Under the pieces are notes generated by a model. The model was not told the origin of the DNA, did no database searches, and was given only the letters and a program-made list of their open reading frames with translations. Positions 27,590 through 42,057 of a stretch of 64,000 nucleotides of DNA are shown here, piece after piece. Numbering within the stretch: the first letter of the stretch is position 1; the number at the start of each line of letters is the position of its first letter. Source of the DNA: Lama guanicoe (taxonomy: Eukaryota); assembly GCA_013239625.1 (NCBI GenBank), contig MU054098.1, positions 496,001-560,000 on the forward strand, written 5' to 3'. The translations under genes and the position numbers were made by a program.

Positions 27590-28380
27590 CTTGTAATTTG
27601 TTTCTTTCCCTGACTCCCCTTTCTCTTCCCACTTTATAAATGTGGGTATTCCCCAAAGTTCTGTTTTTTATCTTCTTATCTTCTTTTCCTCTTATAGTTC
27701 CATAGTTTCAAGTTACTTCTGCATAGTTGTCTGTGAGGTATAATATCTCTCCAGTTTTCATTTCCTCTTCCAAGAACCAGTGTTGAATTTGAAATTGCTC
27801 ATTCTATATTTACCTGCACCTAACACCAGGGACTTTGAAAACAAATTTTTTTTCTGCTATATTAACTTCTGAATTCTGTTAATGGCATGGTCGTATATTC
27901 AGCCACTAGGGCTCATATCATGCATCTTTGGCTCCTTCCTCTTTGAGTCCAACATTCTATAAGTTAAAAGACTTGTAGCATTTTTATCCACATTATGTCC
28001 TCCATCCTTCTCTATTGGTCTATTATCAAGACCCAATATCAACTCTCATCTCCTGTACTATTTTAAGTTTTCTAACTGATCTCTCTGTATTCAATCTCTT
28101 TCCACTCTATCTAATAAAAAGTTTCCAGGTTAGGTTTCCTAAAGACCCATCATATGTTATCTGATAACATTCAATGGGTCTTTACTCCTTACTGAATAAA
28201 ATACAATTCCTCAGCCTAGCATTAAAGGCCTCCACAATAAGATCCCCACCCAAACTCCTTATTTATTTCCCATCATGCTTCAATAGAGACATTTGCTTCA
28301 GTCAAACTGGACTAACGGGCATTCTTTATGCATGTTCCATGCATTCTTACTTGATGTCTTTGTTTAGGGTTTTTACCTTA
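27590..28380 (+). mobile_element. L2 LINE fragment
   Basis: tttataaatgtgggtattccccaaagttctg...aataaaatacaattcctcagcctagcattaaaggcc. Confidence 0.65.
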
Positions 28381-28469
28381 GTCACAAAAGCATATGACAG
28401 TGAATTGCATCTTCTTCATTAGTAGAATGACAACTACCCTTAGGAACACGCACGGTATTCTGGCCTTAA

Positions 28470-28910
28470 GGCAGATTACATCAGGTACTCTTTATTTTCA
28501 TCCACCAAATTGTTTATCTTTAAAATCAGATCAAAATGAATAGAGGCAAACTTTGAAATAAAAGTCACCTAATAATGATTTGAAATTTGGCAGAGAAATG
28601 CAACAAAGAAGAGTTGCAATTATGCTTAGAGTCATATAACTTTTGATAATCTTAAAATGAAAAAAATTTGTCCTCAGAGCTGGGAAACCTTCCAAAAAGA
28701 ATTTGTAGCCAAGGGTGGGTTACAAGTGAGTATTCAGGCTGGTTAACAACAACATTGAACTGTGTTTCCTGGACAGTTTTTAAAATTTGTGTCTTTGGTT
28801 AACAAGCTCTGAAGATAATTCTAAAAGAGTAGTTCCAACCATGTCTTAAGCAATATGATCATTGTAGAATTAGAGTGTACACTCTCAAGGTGTCTACTTT
28901 CAAACATGGC
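28470..28910. mobile_element. Possible old mariner-type (MARNA-like) fragment
   Basis: cattgtagaattagagtgtacactctcaaggtgtctactttcaa resembles the mariner transposase 3' end. Confidence 0.35.
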
Positions 28911-29059
28911 CCTCCCTTTATTGTAAACCTATCCTGAGTTTGTTGGGCTTTGTCTCTCTCAGCTAACTTTTTTAAAAAATAGATTTTCTTGCTCTCTTTA
29001 CTCTAGCACCACACTTAAATTTTGGCCCTGAAGATCTTACTACTCTCGGAAGAATTATT

Positions 29060-29280
29060 AGTGCCATATATTGAGCACTTAATATGTGCCTGACATGTAC
29101 TAAGCACTTGAATGATATTATTTAATGCTCATAGCGCCCCTGTGAGATAGGTACTTTCTTTAACATTTTAAAAATAAGAAGCTCAAATCTTAGACAGTTT
29201 AAATGACCTGCCTATGGTCACATGACTTAGTGAGAAGTAGAGCTTTGCTTTAGACTCTAAAGTCTTGACATCTAAAGTCA
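29060..29280 (-). mobile_element. MIR SINE
   Basis: tattgagcacttaatatgtgcc...cccctgtgagataggtact. Confidence 0.7.
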
Positions 29281-30049
29281 TCAGAAGGTAACCCCAAGGA
29301 AATGTGTTATCAAACATTAGAGTATCCCTGAGTCAAAAACAGAGCTTATTTAAGCTATCCACTCTAAATTCCTTTCCTTGGATCTCTCCTTGATCCTCTT
29401 AGGTTTCTCAAGAGCAGGCTTCTTCCAAAGAGAAAGAAGCCTCACCCCCATCTTATTGCACTAGTTTTATAGGATTTCAAGAGAGACTCTTTAGAGGGGA
29501 AACCTTAACTTCACTGCTCCTCACATTGAGAATCCCACTCTGTAGCACTATTGAACAATAATAAATTCATACCAATACTCTTTCTTGTCACTGGAAGTTT
29601 CATGGAGTTTGGAATGTGTAGATAATATGCCATATATCTGTGTGTGTTGCTTACATTTATCTCCATCGTTAGCAAATTGATTCTGAAAATTGAAAGTCAT
29701 AAAATAAGTAGAAATATGTTAAATGGTTTACTCCTTTTAATTAGAAAAACCTTTATTAGGTGATAATTTGTAAGTGATATAGGCAGACGTTCAAGGTCAA
29801 ACCAATTTGTACTGGATGGAAATAGAATGAAAAGACTGGAACTTAATCTAATATTATAGGGTAAAAATTTGTGAAAGCTTCACTAAGGAGAATGTTAAAT
29901 TTCTTATACTAACAGACTTAATTGCTTCATTTTTATATGGTAATTTCATGGTACTGGTTACTAACTTCTTAGCTCTTATTGTAAGTCCACAGTCTTTCTT
30001 CACAAGTAGAAATGATAAGGGCATGGCTGTTAAGAGCATAAAATGAGTT

Positions 30050-30290
30050 GGTAATAATAACACATAGTTTATACTGTTTGGCAGGTACTATTCTAACAGC
30101 TTTACTTGTATTATCTCTTTTAACCCTGGTAACTACTCCAAGACGTAGGTAATTACTGTTATTTCTGTTTTACACATGAGAAGCCTGAAGCCTACAGAGA
30201 TTAAGTAATTGGCTCAGTCACATAGCTGTTATGTAACTGTGAACCCAAGCAGTCTGGTTCCAGACTTCACGCTCTTGTCTGCTATACCAT
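30050..30290 (-). mobile_element. MIR SINE
   Basis: ttttacacatgagaagcctgaagcctacagagattaagtaatt...gaacccaagcagtctgg. Confidence 0.75.
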
Positions 30291-32089
30291 ACTATATACA
30301 CTTCATTTTTCCAATATATTCAATCTATGGAGAGAGTACCATTCTATGGGAGGGAAGGTAAAGTCTTCCTCTAAGGAGTTAACTGATACTCAGATTCAAT
30401 GGAATTTGTCTACTATGGAATTATTCCATTTGCCCTTCATGATCTATGACAGCTGTTTGAGGCCTCCCTCCTCCTTAAGCTCTCGGTAGTAACCATCACC
30501 TGCCAAGCTGATGACCAAAATTCATCTTTACCACATCTTTTGGCATCTATTCTCTCTAATATCTGCAACTTTTCAGATAAAGTCCATCTGTTACTAACTT
30601 CTGAGAAGACTGGACTTCTAGTTTTAAACATTCCTTCACAATCAGCATATACGTCTCCTTCATTTTGGCTACGTATACCCTGCCTAGAAAGGCAAAACCT
30701 CAGTATTTCTCAGTTTCTCCCCATAGAATCCTAGTTAATAGGTTTTTGATAGTTATTAAGTATTATATGAAATAAAAGGATTTTCTGGGAAGCTAAGTTT
30801 GAGAAATATCGTATTAAAATAATGATCCTGCCCCTTAGTAATTGTAGTGACTTGGTAAAATCACTAAACCTCGCTGCATCTCATTTTTCCTCTTTGATAA
30901 AATGAAACTAAATATATTACTTGCTTCACGGATTTATGTGAGATAGTGCACATAAATCACTTTGTACTATGCCTTACTCGTAACTTATATTCAGTACATG
31001 ACCGCTGCTATTCTTAAATTATGATCATTGTTATTATAAGCCAGGGCAGAACTACTAAGTTTGAATTGCGACCAAGTCTGCAGTCTCCTGATAGAGCATG
31101 TAGTCCAGGTCTTACGTGTAATAGATCCCAAATGCTGCTCTGTGGATGGCTGCTTCAGAATCTCTGCCAATACTTTTTAAAGATGCCCAGGATCTGTTCC
31201 TGGAACTAATGATTATGTACATTTTATAAAATTCCATTTTTTATAAAACCAACTTGCAATAAGATTTGGGAACCACTGATTTAGAAAGTAATATTCATCT
31301 TCCCTAGCACAGCATTCCAGGCTTTCCATGCTCTAGCTTACCTTTACATTTTCAGCTTCTGCTGTAGTCGTAGGGAGTACTTTTGAAATAGATTTTTTGG
31401 GACCCTCCCCCACATGGTATCTAGAAAAGAAGAGTTGTAACTGACAGACAAAAATCCTTCAGTCACAACAAAGGCTTCTAATACTCTACAGCGTAAGTTT
31501 CAAACCTGTATACACATATAAAAAAAATCACTTGGGACACTTGTTAAAAATATATACATCCCTGGACCATATTTCTGGGGCTTGGGAATATAAATTTTTT
31601 TTGAAAAGCGCTTCATGTGATTTCAATGAGGAGCCAGGCTTGAAATACACAATGTATTCTTCTCTAGGTCTGTATTTGTTGAGAGCAGAGTAAGATGTTT
31701 CTTACTTCTTTATATTGTTCAAAATCAATAGCCCAATGCTCACACAAAGTGGATGCTCATTTATTGATCCAAGTAAGGGAGGAGGACTGGTTTGTTGTGA
31801 ATAGGAGATAACTTTTTTCTGTGTAACCATAATGACTTAATTTGTATCAGACACGTCCTCTTCTGGAATGAAGAAGAAGAAACAAGGCAATTTCTGACTC
31901 CCTTGAAACCACTTTTAAGTTTACTAGAAATATAGAGATTTATATACTGTGATGGAAAATTCAAGTGTAACCAAATTGGACTAACAGGATCCAATTCAAA
32001 GCTATTTAACTTTTTCCTGTTTGTAGTGTTTTAGCTATGAAAGCAAGACAAATGAAATATTCAAATCCAAAGCTAGAGCATTTTTTGTC

Positions 32090-32330
32090 AACAGTGCAGA
32101 CTTTGGATTCATACTCTTGGTGTTCAAATATTTTCTTTACCCTTTGCCAGCTATATAACATTAGGAAAGTTACTTAAACTTTCTGTGCCTCAGTTTTCTC
32201 AAAAATAATATAGGGATAATAATAGTACCTACTTCATATGATTTTTGTGAAAATTAAATGAGATAATGAATATAACTCACTTAAACAGTTCTTGACACTT
32301 AAGATAGGCTAGATATTTCTTTATATATCA
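32090..32330 (+). mobile_element. MIR SINE
   Basis: aagttacttaaactttctgtgcctcagttttctc...ataataatagtacctacttcata. Confidence 0.8.
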
Positions 32331-33407
32331 TCATAACTAATAAAGAATTTTCCATAAAAGTATATCAGAATTTCCATAGAATTCTAATCCCATTCTCTAA
32401 AACATACACTTCTTTGAATTAAGCAACCTCTCACACGGAAACTGCATTTTCTAATTACTGACATAGGGCAAAATTTAACAATGTGTTCTGAGGTGTGGTT
32501 TCCAGTTATTGGTACTTGATTATATTTTCACCAATCTGTGAAAAGTGAGAAAGATAAAATGGTATAATTGCCAAATGTCATTTCTTTAAAAGGAATGTTC
32601 TTTAGACACAGATTTATTTCAATCCCACATTTTGGAGGATTAAAATACCCTCCTTAGGGAATGATATAGTGGTTTGTGGCATTTTTTAAAATTCCTGTCC
32701 TTAAAAAAAATTTTTAATGACAAACCTGTGTCAGACCCTCAAATATTTTTGAAATTTTACTGGTCTTTGAGATAAAATAATTTAAGAACCACTATACAAA
32801 GGTCCATGATCACTATGAAATACATATAAAGCTGAAACATCAAAGCATAAGTTTTCAATTCCTTTGGCTCTCTACTAAGGCAAATACCCATTTTTTCCAA
32901 CTGTCTTTGAATGTGATTTTGGTTTTCAGTTGACAATTTTCACAGAGCAGTTGCCATCTCGACATTAAACACAGCAACAGATTTTGCTTGCACCTTGAAT
33001 AAGAGGTAAGATTCCTAACAATGGTGGCAATGAACTTACTTGTCATTTTAGAATTATTTATATACTTCACAATCACCAAAATGACTTTCGATGCTTTTAT
33101 CAGCTAAACAAGACATGAGACTATTAAATGGAACTATTGATTCTGCTCTTTAATGCTTTCACATTAATTCTATCAAAAAAGGAGATAACATGTTGCACTG
33201 AGGTATCTATCAATAAGGTATTTAAAATGCTTTACAAAGATTAAAGCACTAAAGAAATGCAAAATACTATTAGATGGTACCCACTTGAAAACTAGCTCCT
33301 CTAAGTTTTTATTTGTTTCCTTTATAATTTTAATATTAGATGGATATGACTTTTCGTGTGCTAAAGACCTAGGCTGTGTGTTGGGATACTCCTAAAGCAT
33401 TATTGTT

Positions 33408-34360
33408 TAACAAAAAAACAAACAACCCAATCCAAAAATGGGCAAAAGACCTAAACAAGCAATTCTCCAAGGAAGACATACAAATGGCCAATAGGCACAT
33501 GAAAAGATGCTCAATATCGCTAATTATCAGAGAAATGCAAATCAAAACTACAATGAGGTATCACCTCACACCAGTCAGAATGGCCATCATTCAAAAGTCC
33601 ACAAATGACAAATGCTGGAGAGGCTGTGGAGAAAAGGGAACCCTCCTACACTGCTGGTGGGAATGCAGTTTGGTGCAGCCACTGTGGAAAACAGCATTGA
33701 GATTTTAAAAAACCAAAAATAGACTTACCATATGATGCATCAATCCCACTCCTGGGCATATATCTGGAGGAAACTTCAATTCTAAAAGATACATCCACCC
33801 CAACGTTCATAGCAGGACTATTGACATGGAAACATAGCAGCCTAGACATGGAAACAACCTAAATGTCCATTGATAGATGACTGGATAAAGAAGTTGTGGT
33901 AAACATAGACAATAGAATACTATTCAGCCATAAAAAATGATAAAATAATGCCATTTGCAGCAACATGGATGGAACTGGAGATCATCATTCTAAGTGAAGT
34001 AAGCCAGAAAGAGAAAGAAAAGTACCATATGATATCACTCATATGTGGAATCTAAAAACAAGACACAAATGAACTTATTTACAAAACAGAAACAGACTCA
34101 CAGACAAAGAAAACAAACTTATAGTTACTAGGAAGGAAAGGGAATGGGAAGAGATAAATTGGGAGTTCAAGATCTGCAGATACTAACTAGTATATATAAA
34201 ATAGACAACCATTTTCTACAGTATAGTACAGGGAACTATATTCAATATCTTGTATTAGCTTTTAATGAAAAAGAATATTAAAAGGAATATATATAAACTG
34301 AATTACTATGTTGTACACCAGAAATTAACACAACATTGTAAACTGACTATACTTCAATTA
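33408..34360 (+). mobile_element. Young 5'-truncated cetartiodactyl-type L1
   Basis: ORF2 C-terminus ([26 protein letters not shown]..), 3' end gactatacttcaattaaaaa, diverged TSD aaagcattattgtt / aaaacagtatagtt. Confidence 0.95.
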
Positions 34361-35053
34361 AAAACAGTATAGTTATTACCTCAGTTATAATGAAAATTAC
34401 ATCAAAATAATTAGATATTGTTTATTGATGATATGCTAATAAACAATATTCTTAGAAATTTCTATACTTTTCAAAGTACCAAAAAGTTTTAAAATATTGT
34501 GTATACAAAAATAAAATAAAATATAAATATAAAATAAAGAATAAAACCATTCAATGGTAATAGCTTAAAATGAAAATCATTATATAAAACAAGCTTGCTT
34601 TATATCCGATTACCACTGGGTGTCAGCAATGTATGACTTTCAACCTACAATCTCTAAATAAGGTTTTATGATAACTCTAAAGTTTGTTTTGTGCTTGTAT
34701 TTGACTTAATATGTATCTTATTAGTCCACTAAAACCAAACCACACACAAAAAAAACAAAAAACCCCACCAAAACCCCAAAACACACATGCACACACACCA
34801 AAAAAGTATTGGAGCAATAAATACATTGAACAAGATTACAGGACATGAAATCAATGTACAAAATTCAGTTATGTTTCTATATGCCATCAATGAACAATCT
34901 GAAAATGAATTTAAGAAAGTAATTTTATTTACATCAACATTCTATTTTCAGTATACTTATTAGCTACACTATTCCTTTCCTGTCCTCAACTGTTTCACTT
35001 GTTCCCTAATCCAGACCCCATGTTGTGGGAGGTGCTGTTGACCATCTACTTTA

Positions 35054-36140
35054 TTTTATTTATTTATTTTTATTGAAGTATAGTTGATTTACAATATTGT
35101 GTCAATTTCTGATGTATAGCATAGTGATTCAGTCATATACATACACAATTTCTTTTTCATATTCTTTTTCATTATAGGTTATTACAAGATATTAATTGTA
35201 GTTCCCTGTGCTATACAGTAGGACCTTGTTAGTTATCTGTTCTATATATAGTAGTTCATATTTGCTGACCCCAAATTCCTGATTTATTCATCCTCCTCAT
35301 TTCCCCTTTGGGAAAAAATAAGTTTGTTTTCCATGTTTGTGAGTCTATTTCTGTTTTGTAAATCAGATTCCATGTATATATAGTATTTGTCTTTCTCAAT
35401 CTGACTTACTTCACTTAGTATGATAATTTCTAGGTCCATCCATGTTGCTGCAAATTGCATTATTTCAATTGTTTTTATGGCTGAGTAATATTCCATTATA
35501 TATATATATATATATATATATATCACCTTTATCCATTCATCTGTCAATGGACATTTAATTTAGGTTGCTTCCATGTCTTGGCTATTGTAAATAGTGCTGC
35601 TATGAACATTGGGGTGCATGTATCTTTTCAAATTGGAGTTTTCTCCAGATATATGCCCAGGAGTGGGATTGATGCATCATATGGTAACTCTTTTTTTAAA
35701 TTTTTTAAGGAATCTCCATACTATTTCCCATAATGGCTGCACCAAACTACATTCCCCCCAACAGTGTAGGAAGATTCCCTTTTCTTCACACCCTTTACAG
35801 CATTTTATCGTTTGTGGACTTTTGAATAATGGCCATTCTGACTGGTGTGAGGTGATATCTCATTGTAGTTTTGATTTGCATTTCCCTGATAATTAGCTAT
35901 ATTGAGCATCTTTTCATGTGCCTATCTGCCATTTGTATGTCTTCATTGGAGAATTGCTTGTTTAGGTCTTCTGCCCATTTTTGGATTTGATTGTTTTTTT
36001 GTTATTGAGTTGTATGAGCTGTTTGTATATTCTGGAAATTAAACCCTTGTCAGTCGCATTGTTTGCAAATATTTTCTCTCAGTACGTAGGTTGTTTTTTT
36101 GTTTTGTTGATGGTTTCCTTTGCTGTGCAGAAGCTTATAA
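35054..36140 (-). mobile_element. Young 5'-truncated L1
   Basis: Perfect 15-bp TSD tgaccatctacttta (35039-35053, 36141-36155), antisense tail and 3'UTR. Confidence 0.95.
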
Positions 36141-36305
36141 TGACCATCTACTTTAAATGTGAGAAGAGACTTGGAGAATCTTTACTGTGTCTTAACAGAT
36201 TTCTAGTAAATTCTCCTTATTTTAGCTCTTCCCTTTCACCCTAACCTCCAGAATAACCTCGGGTTACCAAATTTAAAATTTTGGAGGAACCTTCTGCGGG
36301 CATTA

Positions 36306-36337
36306 CTGGTACAGTGCCTGGTACAGTGCCTGGTACA
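36306..36337. repeat. 12-bp tandem repeat (ctggtacagtgc) x2.7
   Basis: Read directly; lies in an L2/MIR-like tail. Confidence 0.8.
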
Positions 36338-37099
36338 TTGTAATTGCTCTGTTGGTATTTACAGAAATACATTGATTGAGGTCATTTTAGTCACTTACTA
36401 AGTTGTATTTTATACTCAGTTGGAACTTTATGTACATACAAGCATTCGTTGATGTGCCTACAGGGGTTCATCCCCAGGTTGTACCTGAGAGCCAGGAGCG
36501 GTGATGCTTGTATTTCTCTTTCTGCCTGAAGCCCTACATAAAACCTGAAGTACTGTTGTTTGAATCTGAACAAGTAGTACTTTATGTATGAGGTCACAAA
36601 CTACAAATTATTGATCTTATTTAGCTTTAAAGAGGTGAAGACTGGCTGAGAGCTGTGGCTGATGTCTTGTTCTGGAACTATTCTAACCAAGGCTTCCATT
36701 GTGTCAGCCTTCTTATTTCATACGAAGAAACTGCTTCCTCAGACAGATTATTTCTCCCAGGTAGAAAGCTTCCAGAAAATTCTTTTGCTCTCCATCTATA
36801 TATTCTTGGTCAAGGATCTCCAAATTGATGGTACACTATTTTCTGTAAAATAATTTTGATCACAAAATCCTATTAAGTCAATTATATATAAATACATATA
36901 TTATATATACACAGACACACACACACGTTACTGTGTAAATAGATGATATTTAAAGTTAAACATAAACAAGACATTGAGATTTTAAAGGATAGATTAAAAA
37001 TATAAACAGTAATTCTGAATTATTTTTCCAAACCTCAATAAATTATCTTGAGTTCCTTCTCGGGGAACATATACCTCTGGTGTACATTAGACTAGAAAG

Positions 37100-37445
37100 A
37101 AAAGCATCTCTCAATCTGTGATCCAAAGACCACTCATACCAGAATCACCTGAGATACCTGTTAAAATAGTTTTGTGCCCTTCAAATACTGACTTAGAAAC
37201 TTTAAGGGTGGTACCCTGAAATATTTATTTTAACTAAATGCAGAGGCCCAGGGGATTTTTAGGAGTGCTGAAGGCTTAAAATCATTGGCTTAGAGCAATA
37301 TTCTCAAAATTGCTCTATCATAGCAAGCATCAGTGTGCTTGAAATACAGATTCTCATTTGCTATCACGATATATACCAAATCTGAAATATGGCTAGGGGC
37401 ACTGAAATCTTAATATTGAAAAGTGATCACAGGTGATGTTTTAAA
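37100..37445. mobile_element. MER5-like hAT MITEs (two adjacent)
   Basis: agaatcacctgagatacctgttaaaa motif, plus a second ttctcaaa...acagattctc copy. Confidence 0.5.
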
Positions 37446-37453
37446 TAAGACAT

Positions 37454-37850
37454 TGTATTACTTTGCTAGGGCTACCATAACACAATGCCATAGACGGGGG
37501 GCTTAAACAACAGAAATGTATTTTCTCACAGTTGTGGAGGCTAGACGTCTAGGGTCAAGATGTAGGCAGGTTTGGTTCCTCCTGAGGCCTCTTTTGGCAT
37601 ACAGACGGCCACCTTCACGCTGTGTCCTCACGTGGTCTTTCCTTTGTGTGTGTGCAAATGCCTGGTGTCTATGTGTCTAAATTTCCCCTTCTTATAAGGA
37701 CACCAGTCAGATTGGACCAGGGTCCACCCTAAAGGCTTCATTTTACCTTAATCATCCCTTTAAAGGTCCTACCTCCAAATATAGTCAAATTCAGAAGAAC
37801 TGGGGGTTTCCACATACAAATGTTGGGGGAACAAAATTCAGCCCAAAACA
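37454..37850 (-). mobile_element. MaLR LTR (MLT1A-C-like)
   Basis: tgtattactttgctagggct...ggcttaaacaacagaaat...cttcttataaggacaccagtc...aattcagcccaaaaca. Confidence 0.88.
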
Positions 37851-38801
37851 GATACAATGCCTAAATGTAATGTGATATTATAAATAGGATTCTGTAACAG
37901 AAAAATGATGTTAGATTAAAATTAAGGAAATCTGAATATGGTATGGACTTTAATTAACAATGGTGTGTCAGTATTGATTCATCAATCGTAATGAATGTAC
38001 CATATTGACTTTAAATGTCAATAATATAGGAAATTGGGTGAGAATTTGAGAAATTCTGATAGACAAGAGTCTTTACTCTGAATTTACTAGCTTTGATATC
38101 AGGCAGGTCCTTTAATTTTTCTAGTCTTCCGTTTCCACATTTGTAAAATGAGAAAACTAACAGACTCATATATCATATAAGTTTAAAATGGATCATATAG
38201 GTTTAGATACTTTGTAACTTGTACATTGCAATACACATAGGTGTATTTTTAAAATAAACTTTTAATTTCACAACAGTTTTAAATATACATAGAATTTGCA
38301 AATATGGTTCTGTGTTCCAATATACCTATATCCAGTTTCCTTTATTATTAGCATCTCACATCAGTATGATACATTTGTTATAATTAATGAACCAATATAT
38401 GATATATTATTATTGAAGTCCCTACTTTATTCAAATTTCCTTAGTTTTTATCTAATGTTCTTTTTCTGTTCCAGGATCCCACATTACATTTAGTCATCAT
38501 ATCTACTTAAACTCCTCTTGACTGACAACTTAGATGCAGTTGTAAGAAATTTTCAGTATGTGTGTGAATTTACCTTTCTTTTGACACTGGTAATGTCTTG
38601 GAACTAAATGAGCACATTCTAAGTACCTTCATAGACTGTGTGAGATACTCTAGAACATTATTTCTCAAGTTTGGCTGATTAGCAGAAATAAGAGGAGAGT
38701 TTTTTGAAACACAAATCCCAGGGTCCTGCATAGCCTTAAAATATGACTATCTCCTGGGCTGGGTGATTTGGTGGTGGGGATGGGGGAGTCCAAGAATCAA
38801 G

Positions 38802-38880
38802 ATGTATGTATGTATGTATGTATGTATGTATGTATGTATGTATGTATTTATTTATTTATTTGCTTGCTTGCTTGCTTGTT
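38802..38880. repeat. Compound microsatellite (ATGT)n(ATTT)n(GCTT)n
   Basis: Read directly. Confidence 0.9.
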
Positions 38881-39964
38881 TGAACAAATTCCCCTGGTGG
38901 TTATGAGACCACTGATCCAGCACAGTTTTGTAGACAAGCATTTGAGATTTACTGCTCTGGAGCATTTCCATTGTTCCTCTCATTGTGGATACCTAAATGG
39001 CCAGGTGAAGACTGCTGAAGCATACAGTTTGCTTATAGTGACATTAGATTCTTGTTGGATAAAAGGTGAAAATAGGTAGTTCTTTCCACATCTATGAACT
39101 GAATCCCCATCAATGTTTACAGAATAAGGTGTCTGTCCACATACCAAAGAAATAACTCAGTATTCCAAGTAACCTCAGAAAGACACATGAAATTTAAATC
39201 CTAAATTGTTGACAGTGTTATTAGACAGAAAAGCTTTTTCTGTCATTCAACAGTAGTATGAAATGGTAGATAAGGCTATGGGAAAAAATTGTCTTAGGTG
39301 GTGAGCAAGATGTTGTAACACAGAGACAAGAAAATGAAATACTGTTCAGGCAAGTTCCTAATCAACTTAATGCCAGACAATAAACACTGATGAGTTCTCT
39401 ATATAAACCATTCTCCAGACAAAATATGTGTCAAACATCTTTGGCAAGTACAAACACGTAAGAGAAGCCCATCTAAACCAAAGACCTCTGGGAACATCAT
39501 TTCAAGTCAGTCACAAGCATTCCTTTTTGGGAGGTGGTGTGAATTTATACTTGGGAATATAAGCAAATATTTTTGGGGAATAAGTATATTTGGGAATTTG
39601 AGCACCATAGTAATTCCCCAAAGTTTCTAGCCAAGAAAATAAATTCTTCTCTGACACATTATGTTGTACCATTTCTCTTCTATTCTTTCTTTTCCTCCCT
39701 CTTCTAATGTCAGCTTCTGTGTTCACATTAAACATTGCAATGACCACTTGTTAATACACAATTATTAGGAAAACTTGCCAATACTGGAATATCCATGATT
39801 GTTCTACCTTTCTGGCATCAAGAATCTCAGAAATAAAATCAATAGGTACACTATTGATCTCTAAACATGAGCCGAGAACTAATCAAGTTATGGAAAAGTT
39901 TGATGACTTCTCTATCCCCATATTTGGGTAAAACTACCCATTAATTGGAGTATTTGCCTTGGTC

Positions 39965-40457
39965 TGTGTGCTGGTCAATTACTTTTTTGCTCTAAAATCC
40001 ATTCCCTTGGATTCTAAATCAAAACAAACTGTATTTTGTAGGTATGTTCGCCCATTTCTCCCTGAACAGATTTGGCAAATATGAGGCACTGGAAAGCTGG
40101 AGGGCATGAGGAGGGAAGAAGACATACTCCACTCTCTCTCTCTCTCTGCTTCCTATAGTCCTTAACAGTGGCTGCTTCCCCTGCCTGGCTTTGCTTCCTG
40201 CCGCATTGTCTCCTTCTGTATGGTTCCAGCTCCAGCCTCAGTTTTAGGTCCTACAGTATGATCCTGGTTCTAGGCTTGGTAATAACTCCCTTTCCTTTGT
40301 GAGCATGGCTTCCTATCATTTCTAACCTCTTAGTTGCCTTGCCTTCTTCTATTTGGTTTCTCAGCATGTCCATCTTCTAACTAACAAATACTTGTATTAA
40401 ATCCACTCTGAAAGATTCAGAGTGGTTCCTTTTTCTTGGTCTATTGTAACTGGTAGA
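39965..40457 (+). mobile_element. LTR33-like ERVL LTR
   Basis: atgaggcactggaaagctggaggg...ttaaatccactctgaaagattcagagtggttcc. Confidence 0.6.
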
Positions 40458-40625
40458 GTTAGATATCCTGTCCTTTTGATGAATCTAGAAAAACTCTGAA
40501 ATATTATTTCTTTCAAAATAATTATTAATGATAATGAAAATCCTGAATCAACGGTTATAGAAGTCATACAAAAATACCAAGTTATGAGGATAAATGTAGA
40601 AGTATGTACATTGAAGAATAATTTT

Positions 40626-41085
40626 ATTTTAATTTTTTAAAATTAATTTTTATTGAAGTATAGTTGATTTACAATGTTGTGTTAGTTTTAGGTCTACAGT
40701 AAAGTAATTCAGTTATATATATATATATTCTTGGTCAGATTTTTTTCCATTATAGGTTATTATAAGATATTGAGCATAGTTCCCTGTGCTGTACAGTAGG
40801 TCCTTATTGGTTACTATTTTACATATAGTAGTATGTATATGTTAATCTCAGACCCCTAATTTATCCCTCTTCTCCTTTCTCCTTTGGTATAGATAAATTT
40901 GTTTTCTATGTCTGTGAGTCTCTTTCTGTTTGGTAAATAAGTTCATTTTTATCATTTTTAAAGATTCCACATACAAGTGATATCATATGATATTTGTTTT
41001 TCTCTGTCTGACTTACTTTCACTTAGTATAACAATCTCTAGGTCCATCCATGTTGCTGCAAGTAGAATTATTTAATTTTTTATGG

Positions 41086-41129
<44 letters not shown>

Positions 41130-42057
41130 GTATACATACCACATCATCTTTACCTATTCATCTGTCAGTGGACATTTAGGTTGCTCCCATGTCTTGGTTT
41201 TTGTAAATAGTGCTGCTGTGAACATTAGATGCATGTATCTTTTTGAATTGGAGCATTCTCTGGATATATGCCAAGAGTGGGATTGCTGGATCATATGATA
41301 ACTCTATTTTTAGTTTTTCAAGGAACCTCCATAGTGTTCTCCATAGTGGTTGCACCAATTTACATTCCCACCAACAGTGTAGGAGGTTCCTTCTTCTCCA
41401 CAACCTCTCCAGCATTTGTTATTTGTAGACTTTTTGATGATGGGCATTCTGATTGGAGTGAGGTGATACCTCATTGTAGTTTTGATTTGCATTTCTCTAA
41501 TAATTAGTGATGTTAAGCATCTTTTCATGTACCTATTGGCCATTTGTATGTCTTCTTTGGAGAAATGTCTATTTAGATCTTCTGCCCATTTTTTGATTGG
41601 GTTGTTTATTTCTTTTGATGTTGTGAGCTGTGTGAGCTGCTTGTACATTTTGGAAATTAATCCCTTGTCAACTGCATCATTTGCAAATATTTTCTCCCAT
41701 TCAGTAGGTTGTCTTTTCATTTTGTTGATGGTTTCCTTTGCTGTGCAAAAGCTTTTAAGTTTATTTAGGTCCAATTTGTTTATTTTTGTTTTTATGTTTG
41801 TATTTATTACTTTAGGAGACAGATCCAAAAAAATATTGCTGCAATTTATGTCAAAGACTGTTCTGCCTATGTTTTTCTCTAGGCATTTTGTAACATCCAG
41901 TCTTACATTTAGGCCTTTAATCCATTTTGAGTTTATTTTTGTATATAGTGTTACAGAATGTTCTAATTTTATCCCTTTACATGTAGTTGTCCTGTTTTCC
42001 CAGTACCATTTATTGAAGAGACTGTCTTTTCTCCATTGTATATTCTTGCCTCCTTTA
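40626..42057 (-). mobile_element. 5'-truncated L1
   Basis: 13-bp TSD gaagaataatttt (40613-40625, 42058-42070); ORF 41310-41828 is the ORF2 C-terminal region. Confidence 0.95.
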
